From NCBI GenBank assembly GCA_008933805.1, contig WBUH01000011.1, positions 53,117 through 117,116 of the forward strand: DNA of 64,000 bases, given 5' to 3'. Positions 9,108-18,149 of the stretch are shown here, in pieces. The notes beneath the pieces are model-generated. The model worked only from the letters and a program-made list of their open reading frames with translations. It did no database searches and had not been told where the DNA came from. Every line of letters starts with the position of its first letter. Position 1 is the first letter of the stretch. The DNA comes from Bacteroidota bacterium (GTDB lineage Bacteria; Bacteroidota; Bacteroidia; UBA8524). The position numbers and the translations under genes were made by a program.

Positions 9108-10364
9108 ATGACGAACCTCAAAATCAAAGATAACTCTGTGCACAAAATACATCAGTTTCCCAACGGCCTGCGGCTTATATACCAACACCACCCGTCAAAC
9201 ATTGCCCACTTTGGTATTCATATCAATGCGGGCACCCGTGATGAAAGCGCTAACATTATGGGTATGGCTCATTTTATAGAGCATATGCTGTTTAAGGGCA
9301 CCCAAAAACGCCGCGCCTTGCAAATTATCAGCCGACTGGAAGAAGTAGGCGGCGAAATGAACGCCTACACCACGAAAGACAAAACCACCTTGTATGCCTC
9401 GTTTATCGACGGGTATTTGCCCCGTGCAGTTGATTTGCTTACCGATGCAGCCTTTCACTCCAATTTCCCTGAAAAAGAGATGGAGAAGGAAAAGAATGTG
9501 ATACTGGAAGAGATTGATATGTATGCCGATAACCCCGAAGAATGTGTAAACGACGAATTTCAGGAGTTAATGTTTAAAAACCATCCGCTGGGGTATAACA
9601 TATTAGGCACGCAAGACACCGTAAAATCTCTCACCCGCGAGCAATCCATAGGGTTTATAGCTGCCAACTACTTACCGCACAACATTGTGTATGCCTACGT
9701 GGGCAATTCGTCCATAGAAAAGGTAATAGGACTGTGCGAGAAATATATGCCTACCATACAAAACGGCACAAAACCCAATAAACGCGAGGCGTTTAAAAAC
9801 TATGTGCCCTTTACTACCGTTAAAGAAACCGAACACGCCCAGTGCTATTGCGTAATGGGCAACTTATCGTACAATAATTCACACCCGCTGAAACCTGCGT
9901 TGGCTCTGCTATGCAATTTGTTGGGCGGCCCGGGATTGAACTCCCGCTTGAATTTGGCAGTGCGCGAACGCTACGGCTATGCTTACCAAATAGACAGTAG
10001 TTTTTCTACTTATGAAGACACCGGATATTTCAGCATTTATTTCGGTACCGACCCTAAGTACCTTGATAAAACCATGAAACTGGTGGAGGCCGAACTAAAA
10101 CGCCTGCAAAAAGAAGCCCTGAGCGAAACCGTACTGAACAAGTACAAACGGCAGATGGAAGGCCAAATGTTGCTGGCCGAAGAGAGTAAAGTAAGCCTGA
10201 TGCTTTCATTGGGTAAAAGCCTGTTGGATTATAACAAAGTAGATACGCTGGAAGAGGTCATCCAAAAAATATATGCCGTTACCCCCGCCCAAATACTGCA
10301 AGTAGCCCGCGAAGTGTTTGACGAAAGCCAAACCAGCCGCTTGATTTATAAAAGCAAGGCATAA
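9108..10364 (+). CDS. M16 family (pitrilysin/insulinase-like) zinc metallopeptidase
   Basis: It carries the inverted zinc-binding motif 'HFIEHMLFKGT' (HxxEH) near the N-terminus. Length of 418 aa and overall architecture match M16 peptidases. Confidence 0.85.
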   Translation: MTNLKIKDNSVHKIHQFPNGLRLIYQHHPSNIAHFGIHINAGTRDESANIMGMAHFIEHMLFKGTQKRRALQIISRLEEVGGEMNAYTTKDKTTLYASFIDGYLPRAVDLLTDAAFHSNFPEKEMEKEKNVILEEIDMYADNPEECVNDEFQELMFKNHPLGYNILGTQDTVKSLTREQSIGFIAANYLPHNIVYAYVGNSSIEKVIGLCEKYMPTIQNGTKPNKREAFKNYVPFTTVKETEHAQCYCVMGNLSYNNSHPLKPALALLCNLLGGPGLNSRLNLAVRERYGYAYQIDSSFSTYEDTGYFSIYFGTDPKYLDKTMKLVEAELKRLQKEALSETVLNKYKRQMEGQMLLAEESKVSLMLSLGKSLLDYNKVDTLEEVIQKIYAVTPAQILQVAREVFDESQTSRLIYKSKA

Positions 10365-10483
10365 AGGGGCTATCACAAAAGTAAGTTATGCGTGTTTTTG
10401 CAACGACAGGTTAAAACCCCTGACTTTTGAGAAAGTCCCATTATCCCCAAACTTTCAAAAAACGTACCTTTGCCCTACACCTT

Positions 10484-11374
10484 ATGATTGAAGTAATACC
10501 CGGCCAACTACCCACCGCAAAATTGCACGCCTATATGCTTGCATCGGTTGCACCCCGCCCTATATGCTTTGCCAGCACTGTAGATGCGGAAGGGAATGTA
10601 AACCTAAGTCCGTATAGCTTTTTTAATGCCTTCGGCAGCAATCCTACCACGCTTATCTTTTCGCCTGCAAGGCGCGTACGCGATAACACCATAAAACACA
10701 CCCTTGAGAACGTAATGGCTACCAAAGAGGTGTGCATTAACGTAGTAACGTATGAAATGGTGTACCAAGCCAGCCTTGCCAGTACTGAGTACGAAAGAGG
10801 GGTTGATGAGTTTGTAAAAGCTGGTTTTACCCCCGTAGCTTCTGATTTGATAAAAGCCCCGCGTGTAAAAGAAAGTCCCGTACAAATTGAATGCAAAGTG
10901 CGCGAGATTATTGAAACCGGACAAGAAGGCGGCGCAGGTAACCTTGTGGTGTGCGAAATCTTGAAAATGCACATTAACGAGGATATTTTGGGCGAAGACG
11001 GGATGATAGACCAACGCAAAATACATTTGGTGGCAAGATTGGGCAAAGACTGGTATTGCAAAGCCTTTGGCGATGCTTTGTTTGAAGTAGAGAAGCCCAA
11101 CACCAAAAAAGGGGTTGGCGTTGATGCTATACCCGCCCGCATACGCCTTAGCAATGTACTTACAGGCAATAACCTTGGACAGTTAGGTAATTTAGAAATA
11201 CTACCTACCCCTGATGAGGTAAGCGGCTATAAATACGAAAATGCCGAGTTGAAAGAGTTGTTGGAGCGACTAACCAACGACCCCGATAATTTGGAAACCC
11301 AAAAGCACCTGATGGCCAAAAACCTGCTGGCACAAGGCAAAACCGTAGAAGCATGGAAAGTGCTTTTATCATAA
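10484..11374 (+). CDS. flavin reductase-like FMN-binding domain protein with a C-terminal extension
   Basis: 'PRPICFASTVDAEGNVNLSPYSFFNAFGSNPTTLIFS' is the typical flavin reductase split-barrel motif. The start is taken at ATG 10484 (MIEVIPGQ...) because the upstream 57 nt of the ORF do not look protein-like. A start at 10427 is the alternative. Confidence 0.7.
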   Translation: MIEVIPGQLPTAKLHAYMLASVAPRPICFASTVDAEGNVNLSPYSFFNAFGSNPTTLIFSPARRVRDNTIKHTLENVMATKEVCINVVTYEMVYQASLASTEYERGVDEFVKAGFTPVASDLIKAPRVKESPVQIECKVREIIETGQEGGAGNLVVCEILKMHINEDILGEDGMIDQRKIHLVARLGKDWYCKAFGDALFEVEKPNTKKGVGVDAIPARIRLSNVLTGNNLGQLGNLEILPTPDEVSGYKYENAELKELLERLTNDPDNLETQKHLMAKNLLAQGKTVEAWKVLLS

Positions 11375-11411
11375 ACCAAACAATTTTGCAGGTGCAACTA
11401 TTATTACTGTT

Positions 11412-11981
11412 GTGAACATACAAATACAAGCCGGCTCGCCACAGAAAAACAGCCTTTCGCTGCGCGTGGCCAAGGCAATAGCAAAACAAATAGGCACAGA
11501 ACATACCCACAGTATTGTTGATTTTAACCAATACGATATACCGTTTATGAACCAAGGTAGTGTTGAGATGGATAACCTCACCCCTTTTCAGCAACAACTG
11601 ATAAACGGCTGGGCAGATGCCAAACTGGTGATTGTAGTATCGCCTGAATACAACTGGTTTCCAAGTGCCGAGTTAATTAACACCCTGCACCAATTAGGCA
11701 GCCGCCATCACAAAAACCTGTTCGACGGAAAGGTATTTGCCTTTGCAGGGGTTTCAAACGGTCGAGGCGGACGTATGCCCACCATGCAGTTAACTACGGT
11801 TTACAATAAACTGATTAATGTATTGGCTACCCGCTCATTTAGCAGCGGTAAAACGTTTGAATCGCAGTTTACACAAAACGTATTGGACGAAAACGGCGAT
11901 TCGTTGGGCAATGCCGAGTACGATAAGGGACTAAAAGCCTTTGTTGATTACTCGCTGGATATGGCCTCACGTTGGCAATAA
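11412..11981 (+). CDS. NAD(P)H-dependent FMN reductase / flavodoxin-like fold oxidoreductase
   Basis: 'IQAGSPQKNSLS' is the GSPxxxS-type phosphate-binding loop of FMN_red family proteins. Length is 189 aa. Confidence 0.65.
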   Translation: MNIQIQAGSPQKNSLSLRVAKAIAKQIGTEHTHSIVDFNQYDIPFMNQGSVEMDNLTPFQQQLINGWADAKLVIVVSPEYNWFPSAELINTLHQLGSRHHKNLFDGKVFAFAGVSNGRGGRMPTMQLTTVYNKLINVLATRSFSSGKTFESQFTQNVLDENGDSLGNAEYDKGLKAFVDYSLDMASRWQ

Positions 11982-12003
11982 ACTGACCCGCAGCCCAAAA
12001 ACA

Positions 12004-12045
12004 AACAAGCCCCGATATATTGACTATATCGGGGCTTGTGTTTGT
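12004..12045. terminator. bidirectional rho-independent terminator (caagccccgatata-ttgac-tatatcggggcttg)
   Basis: A perfect 14-bp stem at 12006-12019 / 12025-12038 is flanked by T-rich runs on both strands. It lies between the convergent genes ending at 11981 (+) and 12059 (-). Confidence 0.75.
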
Positions 12046-12058
12046 ATAAAGTGGTTTA

Positions 12059-13180
12059 TTAATAATTGTTCAGCATCATTGGCATCACAAGCATCAACAT
12101 ATCTTCGCTGGGCTCGTTCTCAAAAGGCAACAATACACCTGCACGGTTAGGCGTACTCATTTCAAAACGTACTTTATCAGTATCCATGCTGGTAAGCATA
12201 TCCATCAGGTATTTACTGTTAAAGCCAATCTCCATGTCTTGTCCTTCGTATTCGCAATTCAAACGCTCGTGGCCTTCATTGCTTTGGTCAAAATCTTCAG
12301 CAGAGATAATCATATTGCTACCGGCCAGTTTCAAACGTATTTGGTGGGTAGTTTTGTTTGATACAATAGAGATACGGCGCACTGAGCTTAAAAACTCACC
12401 CCTGTCAATCACTAACTTGTTAGGATTTTCTTTGGGGATAACCGCGTTATAATCAGGGTAACGTTCGTCAATCAAGCGGCACACCAAACTCACATCACCA
12501 AACGAGAAGAACGCGTTGGCGTTGTTAAAATCAACACGCACAGCAGTTTCATCATCCTTCAACGATGATTTTAGCAGGTTAGATGCCTTTTTAGGTAAGA
12601 TAAACGATTGCTCAACACCGGGGGCAACATCCACACGTTTGTAGCGCACCAAACGGTTTGCATCAGTAGCTACAAAAGAGATGTCGTTATTTTTCAACTC
12701 AACAAAAATACCGGTAAGGTTCAGACGCAATTCATCATTACCCGTAGCAAATACTGTTTTGGCTATAGCCTTCAACAATACCTCGCTCTTAATGCTGAAT
12801 GATTTATCGCTTTCTACCTCTGGTATTTTTGGGAAATCTTCACCGGGCTGACCTGCAAGTTTAAAGCGGCCGTTACCCGAGCTGATTTCGATAGCATGGG
12901 TTTTTTCATCAATAGTAAACGTAAGCGGCTGATCAGGCAGCGAACGCAAAATATCAAGACAAAGTTTAGAGGGTACAGCTATCTGGCCTTCTTCCTGTGC
13001 TTCTACCTTCAAGGTAGTAGTCATACTGGTTTCAAGGTCAGTAGCACTAATGGTAAGGTTACCTTCCTTAATGTCAAACAAGAAGTTCTCTAAAATAGGA
13101 ATAACCGCCTTTGATACCACCACACCACTCACCACCGAAAGGTGCTCCAGCAAAACTGTTTTGGAAACTATAAACTTCAT
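12059..13180 (-). CDS. dnaN: DNA polymerase III beta subunit (sliding clamp)
   Basis: 373 aa starting 'MKFIVSKTVLLEHLSVVSGVV', with a three-domain beta-clamp pattern ('LKAIAKTVFA', 'IRLKLAGSNMIISAEDFD'). Confidence 0.9.
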   Translation of the reverse strand: MKFIVSKTVLLEHLSVVSGVVVSKAVIPILENFLFDIKEGNLTISATDLETSMTTTLKVEAQEEGQIAVPSKLCLDILRSLPDQPLTFTIDEKTHAIEISSGNGRFKLAGQPGEDFPKIPEVESDKSFSIKSEVLLKAIAKTVFATGNDELRLNLTGIFVELKNNDISFVATDANRLVRYKRVDVAPGVEQSFILPKKASNLLKSSLKDDETAVRVDFNNANAFFSFGDVSLVCRLIDERYPDYNAVIPKENPNKLVIDRGEFLSSVRRISIVSNKTTHQIRLKLAGSNMIISAEDFDQSNEGHERLNCEYEGQDMEIGFNSKYLMDMLTSMDTDKVRFEMSTPNRAGVLLPFENEPSEDMLMLVMPMMLNNY

Positions 13181-13345
13181 ACCTTGCTCTACTATTGTTG
13201 TTATTTAAAATGCCAAAATTAGGGGCACTGTGCAATATAGTCAATTGTTATTTATCTACATTTATTTGTTCAGGGTGTTCGCAAGGTGTGTTTAAGTAAA
13301 CACAATCCCTCTCATACAGGCGTATATCTGTAAAGTAATTACCTG

Positions 13346-14164
13346 CTACAATGTAATAGTGTTTGGAAACGAAAGATGCACCCGTCCTTCTAACACGGCT
13401 TTTTTATAGGCCAATGGTGTAATTGTAGTAAATGCCTTAAACGTTCTAATAAAATGGGCTTGGTCGTAAAAACCGTTATCCAATGCCACATCCACCAACG
13501 GAATGCGCGGGTGGTTGGCTATCTGGGCAATGGCTGCGTTCACTTGTTTCAGCCGCAAATACTTTTGCGGACTTAGCCCGTACACTTCACTAAACGCATG
13601 AATAAACTTTTTGTGCGAAAATCGCTTTTCGTCCAAAAACTGTTTAATACGTCCCTTTTGCAAAGGCTCTTGGGTAGTTATTTCGGCAAACTCCAACACA
13701 TCTTCGGCTGTTTTTGCAGGTTGTGCCGCCTTTAACAAAAACCTTTCAAGGTGCTTAATTTTATCCGTCGCGTTTTTTGTATGCTCAATTTCTGCAATCA
13801 CCGAACTTATTGCAGTGCCGAAAATATAAGACAACGGGCGCGGAACTCCCAACCCTGATATATCAATACCCAGCAAGCGGTGCAGCCCTTGGGGCTTAAA
13901 CATAATGCCCAACGCCTTGTACCTTCCCGATACTTTGGTAGTTAATTGTTGTTGGTAGATGCCCGATACCCCGCCTGCTTTGGTATAGGAAAATGCTGCA
14001 TTACCGGTTTGGATTGAAAACTCTTCACCGAAATTGATGATGATTTCTTGTTGCAAAAAAGGGATGCTTACCGATGCATACTCCCATTGCTCCTCGCTTT
14101 GATACCAAATGCACTCAATCACCTCTTTCAACTCATTATCAGGCGTATGGATGAGGGCATTCAT
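13346..14164 (-). CDS. AraC family transcriptional regulator
   Basis: The C-terminal AraC-type HTH is present ('FIHAFSEVYGLSPQKYLRLKQVNAAIAQIANHPRIPLVDVALDNGFYDQAHFIRTFKAFTTITPLAYKK'). Confidence 0.8.
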   Translation of the reverse strand: MNALIHTPDNELKEVIECIWYQSEEQWEYASVSIPFLQQEIIINFGEEFSIQTGNAAFSYTKAGGVSGIYQQQLTTKVSGRYKALGIMFKPQGLHRLLGIDISGLGVPRPLSYIFGTAISSVIAEIEHTKNATDKIKHLERFLLKAAQPAKTAEDVLEFAEITTQEPLQKGRIKQFLDEKRFSHKKFIHAFSEVYGLSPQKYLRLKQVNAAIAQIANHPRIPLVDVALDNGFYDQAHFIRTFKAFTTITPLAYKKAVLEGRVHLSFPNTITL

Positions 14165-14204
14165 AGCGCAAAATTAGTTAAATAAGAACTACTGTACCTA
14201 ACCC

Positions 14205-14320
14205 GTTTTGCTAACAGGCATAAAGCCCATACTGTTGCGCCCATCGTCCCGAATGATTTTAAACCATTCGGGATGAACCATTAAAAAGCAGCGGGTTTTA
14301 TACCCGTCGAGAAAATTGGT
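14205..14320. repeat. compound-hairpin dispersed repeat (MITE/REP-like), copy 1 of 4 in the window
   Basis: It contains 'ggcataaagccc', the palindrome 'cgtcccgaatg-attttaaaccattcgggatg' and 'cgggttttatacccg'. It is ~85-90% identical to 14962-15080. Confidence 0.7.
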
Positions 14321-14420
14321 ATAAAACCTATTGACTTAATAGTTAAAAAGATAGAAAGGCATCACAACTACATGATAAATATTTTCTAATCATGAAGTTA
14401 CAATAATATAAGTAGCCTCA

Positions 14421-14879
14421 TTATTTTATTCTATATACCCTGTCGGCTAGAGATATGCGCATACGCGTTGAATCAACCGTGGCAAATGCTTTTGTAATGA
14501 TAACAATGCCTGTAGATTTTAATTGCCTGATTTTAGCAATTACCTCAGGTGAAAAACTTGAGCCTACTATTCCAAAAGAATCTGTTTCATTCTCAACCTT
14601 TCCGGTATATTTATTTCTTATCCGTTGCGACGTAACAACCGTAAATGAGTCAACAGTTATGCCTGGCTCAGGCTTATAACCAACATAAACCACAAGAGTA
14701 GGGTTTCGCAACAAACTGTCTACTGTTGTGAATCCATCATTAACATTCCCTACTTTAAAGAATATTGTTGAAATATATCCAATCTTTGCTTTTGTGCTGT
14801 CTTTTTTGGTTGATTGTCCAGCAACCGTGAGCGGCATTGTTAATAGAGCTATAAAAACACACCATCTTGCCATATTCAA
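14421..14879 (-). CDS. small secreted hypothetical protein (signal peptide) flanked by two direct copies of the ~110-bp repeat
   Basis: 152 aa with N-terminus 'MNMARWCVFIALLTMPLTVAGQ'. No recognisable domain. Confidence 0.5.
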   Translation of the reverse strand: MNMARWCVFIALLTMPLTVAGQSTKKDSTKAKIGYISTIFFKVGNVNDGFTTVDSLLRNPTLVVYVGYKPEPGITVDSFTVVTSQRIRNKYTGKVENETDSFGIVGSSFSPEVIAKIRQLKSTGIVIITKAFATVDSTRMRISLADRVYRIK

Positions 14880-14961
14880 CGATTAATTTCATTTTAAAAC
14901 GGATTACCATCGCTTTTATTTTAAAAGTTAATTCCTAACAGGTGAAAACCAAAAAGACGGC

Positions 14962-15080
14962 TCTTATTCTGACGGGCATAAAGCCCATCGCTGTTGCGCC
15001 CATCGTCCCGAATGGTTTAAAACCATTTGGGACGAACCATTAAAAAGCGGCGGGTTTTATACCCGTCGGAACAATAGATT
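14962..15080. repeat. compound-hairpin dispersed repeat, copy 2 (direct relative to copy 1)
   Basis: 'gacgggcataaagcccatcgctgttgcgcccatcgtcccgaatggtttaaaaccatttgggacgaaccattaaaaagcggcgggttttatacccgtcgg' aligns to 14205-14320. Confidence 0.7.
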
Positions 15081-15151
15081 TCAACCTCGCCCAAGCAAAC
15101 AATAACAAAACTGCAGGCCTGTTTTTACACAAACCTTCATTACTTTGTAGC

Positions 15152-16975
15152 ATGGTAAGATACATTGGGGTACTTTTAATGGTGGCCGGGTTTGCTACCC
15201 AAAGCATTGCACAAAAAGCAAACAAGCACCAGCAAATGGCTGATTCCTTTTTTGTGTTGGCACAGTATGAAACAGCCATCAAATACTACGATTCAGCACA
15301 AAAAACCTCTCCAACCGACAATATTATCATGTTCCGCAAGGGGATATGTTATTATAACCTTCAAAAAAGCAAAGAAGCAAAAGCCAGTTTCGACAAAGCG
15401 TTGCAGCAAAACCCCCGCTGTTTGTATTGCGAGTATTTTTTGATTTCAATACTTACCGAGGCACAGCAAACTGATGCTGCTTTGCACAAGGCCGACAGTG
15501 TACTTACTAAATATGCCGATACAGGCAAAGTACTTAGTTCATACATGGATATAAAAGCATTGAAAGCCCGTATATACTGGAACAGAGGCCAGCTTGAAAA
15601 AGCAGGAGCGGTGTATGATGAATTGGTGACCGATTACCCTGATACCGCCGGTGTATATTACTTACGCGGTGAGTTTAACTTTATAAATCAACGAAAATCA
15701 GGGGCGATAAAGGATGTAACTAAAGCCATCGAGTTAGACCCTAATGTTGCCGCATACTATTTTTTGAAGGCCAAAATTTACCTTACCATCAACTACTATA
15801 AAGAAACCCTGCCCATTATTAATAAGGCAATTGAGCTGAATAGTGAAGAGGGTGAGTTTTACGGATACAGAGGAGGCATTCATCATCATTTAGGCAATTA
15901 TAATGAGGCACTGAACGACTACATACTTGCATTAAAATACAACGGTGCAGGCGGTTTCTACAACGCCAAGGTTTCAGAACTATACTTGATAAAGGAAGAC
16001 ATGGACTCCATGTGTTTTTACTTGCAACGCTCAAAAGAATCTTTTGAAAAAGACCCTCCGGCTATGCAAGAAGACATTGATATGCAAACACTGGTATTGC
16101 ATAGGCAGCAGGAGTTTTGCGATAATAGTAAACCCGGTTATTATTACCAACGCGGAGTAGCTATGTATAACCTCGGCTTGTACGATAGCTCGATTTATTT
16201 TTATACAGCGGGGCTTGAAAAGTTTGTAAACCAACCCGTGATGCACAACTTTAGGGGCAATGCTTATGTAAAAACAGGCGAATGGGCAAAGGCTGAAAAA
16301 GACTTTTTATTATCGATGCAAAACCCCGAGGAACTTAAAAAAACGCTTGCAGAACGCTTTAAATACGACGACCCTCAAGCCAATGAGCGGTATTACAAAG
16401 GATTTATTGCCTCAGCATATTTGGGTTTATCTGAAGTATATCTGCAAATGGGGTATTACGATAAAGCCATAAAAGCTGCTGATAGCGCCTTAAACATTGC
16501 CCCCATCGGCAGCGGCATCCCCCTTGCAGATTATTATAACCAGTTGGGAAGATCATACCTTGCTGCGGGTAACTACGACAAAGCAATAAGTGAGTTTGAA
16601 AAAGTAATCACACTTGAAGCTGAAAACCCGATAGGGCACATAAATTTGGGGTTAGCAACGGCTTATAAAGCCACTGAAACTCCTGAAACAAACAGGAAAT
16701 TCGGATTTTCAGGCACTTGGAATTCGGGAACTTCACAGCTAAAGTTTGAAAGTAAACCCATAAAACTTACCCAAAACCAGCAAAAATTAATGCAAGATGC
16801 CATTGGCTATTGTGATAAAGCCATACAGTTTGCTCCACAAGAAGCTCAGTTTTATGTAATACGCGCTTACGTGAAAAACATGGCCGGAAATAAAGATGTT
16901 TGTGCAGACATAACAAGGGCAAAAGCATTGGATATAAAAAGCATAAACGAATCTTTAAGCAGCCTGTGCCCTTAA
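15152..16975 (+). CDS. tetratricopeptide (TPR) repeat protein, secreted/periplasmic
   Basis: Signal peptide 'MVRYIGVLLMVAGFATQSIAQ'. Multiple 34-aa TPR-like units with (W/Y)..G..Y...G.Y..A...Y..AL spacing ('AIKYYDSAQK', 'YYLRGEFNF', 'AYYFLKAKIY', 'YYQRGVAMYNLGLYDSSIYFY'). Confidence 0.7.
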   Translation: MVRYIGVLLMVAGFATQSIAQKANKHQQMADSFFVLAQYETAIKYYDSAQKTSPTDNIIMFRKGICYYNLQKSKEAKASFDKALQQNPRCLYCEYFLISILTEAQQTDAALHKADSVLTKYADTGKVLSSYMDIKALKARIYWNRGQLEKAGAVYDELVTDYPDTAGVYYLRGEFNFINQRKSGAIKDVTKAIELDPNVAAYYFLKAKIYLTINYYKETLPIINKAIELNSEEGEFYGYRGGIHHHLGNYNEALNDYILALKYNGAGGFYNAKVSELYLIKEDMDSMCFYLQRSKESFEKDPPAMQEDIDMQTLVLHRQQEFCDNSKPGYYYQRGVAMYNLGLYDSSIYFYTAGLEKFVNQPVMHNFRGNAYVKTGEWAKAEKDFLLSMQNPEELKKTLAERFKYDDPQANERYYKGFIASAYLGLSEVYLQMGYYDKAIKAADSALNIAPIGSGIPLADYYNQLGRSYLAAGNYDKAISEFEKVITLEAENPIGHINLGLATAYKATETPETNRKFGFSGTWNSGTSQLKFESKPIKLTQNQQKLMQDAIGYCDKAIQFAPQEAQFYVIRAYVKNMAGNKDVCADITRAKALDIKSINESLSSLCP

Positions 16976-17073
16976 TCAAGCACAGACAGACAAACAAGCT
17001 ATCTATTTGAAAATAAACGAATAACAAAGTTTACTGAAAAAATTATAGCTTTGACTTAAACAAAACACTAACC

Positions 17074-18099
17074 ATGAAAATCCTAAAAACTATTCTTAAA
17101 GTATTAGGGGTTATTTTACTGCTGGTAATAATAATCTCCCTGTTTTTGCCTGCGGGCGTCAGAGTTGAGCGTTCAATTACTGTGAATGCCTCACCCGAAG
17201 AGGTGTATGCACACATCAGTGATTTGAAAAAATGGGATACGTGGTCGCCTTGGAAAAAGCGTGACCCAAATATGCAAAACACTTATGAAGGGACTGACGG
17301 TGCTGTAGGCCAAAAAAGCATTTGGAAAAGCGAACACCCAAGAGTAGGTAATGGCTCAATGACCATTGTAGAGCTGAAACCCTACGAATCAGTAGTTACC
17401 GAACTTGATTTTGGACAAGGCGGAAAACCCAAGGGAGGTTTCAAAATTGAAAAAACCGATAGCGGCTCAAAAGTAACGTGGTACATGGAAGACGACGGTT
17501 CACAAACACCGTTTTTATTTAAAATAGTGGCCAAATACGCTAATCTGATGATGGACGGTATGTTGGGTCCTGATTTTGAAGAAGGTCTGAAAGGTATTAA
17601 AACTGCTGCTGAAGCAGGTGCCGGCGCAGCACCACAATTAACTTATACTATTGAGGAAGTGGACTTGGCTCCAATGAGTGTGATTGCAGCACCTCCAAAC
17701 AAAATAAAAGCAGATCAGATTTCAGCCTATTTAGGTAAATATATCCCAAAACTATTTGCCGCAGCAAAGAAAAACGGTCAAAAACCCGGAATACCGGCAG
17801 CAATATATCATTCTTGGACAGGCACAGAAACTGAGGTTGAAGCTGTTTTACCAGTTGATAAAGTAGTAATGGAGGGCAGCGAGTTCCCCCACCACCCGAT
17901 GCCTGAAGGAAAAGGGCTTAAGGTAGATTACTACGGCCCTTATGCCGGCTCAGAAAAAGCCCACATGGATATTGATGCGTATGCTAAATACAAAAAACTG
18001 AAACTGGGCAATCCTTGGGAGATATATGTAACTGACCCTACGACTGAAAAAGATACTTCAAAATGGCTTACTCAAATCTACTACCCTATAGTAAAGTAA
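17074..18099 (+). CDS. SRPBCC (polyketide cyclase/AHSA1-like) domain fused to a GyrI-like effector-binding domain; N-terminal TM anchor
   Basis: 'VNASPEEVYAHISDLKKWDTWSPW' is typical of the SRPBCC/Polyketide_cyc2 N-terminus. The C-terminal half ('YHSWTGTETEVEAVLPV...YYGPYAGSEKAHMDIDAY...WEIYVTDP') resembles GyrI-like small-molecule binding domains. Confidence 0.55.
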   Translation: MKILKTILKVLGVILLLVIIISLFLPAGVRVERSITVNASPEEVYAHISDLKKWDTWSPWKKRDPNMQNTYEGTDGAVGQKSIWKSEHPRVGNGSMTIVELKPYESVVTELDFGQGGKPKGGFKIEKTDSGSKVTWYMEDDGSQTPFLFKIVAKYANLMMDGMLGPDFEEGLKGIKTAAEAGAGAAPQLTYTIEEVDLAPMSVIAAPPNKIKADQISAYLGKYIPKLFAAAKKNGQKPGIPAAIYHSWTGTETEVEAVLPVDKVVMEGSEFPHHPMPEGKGLKVDYYGPYAGSEKAHMDIDAYAKYKKLKLGNPWEIYVTDPTTEKDTSKWLTQIYYPIVK

Positions 18100-18149
18100 A
18101 CGATATTTATTATTGCTAAAAAAGGGCGGGGAAACCTGCCCTTTTGCTT

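Noticed and set aside
8723-9191. Small ORFs (8723..8923, 8979..9191) in the spacer upstream of the M16 peptidase gene
   Set aside because: They overlap the repeat and hairpin modules, and their products are Arg/Leu/Pro-rich nonsense ('LRLPHPKDKDGLIAQFRPLLKARG'). The region is better explained as non-coding repeats.
10531-11597. Antisense ORFs (10531..11169, 10604..11026, 11205..11597) over the flavin-reductase gene
   Set aside because: They are opposite a gene with clear family motifs. There are no signals and the composition is poor.
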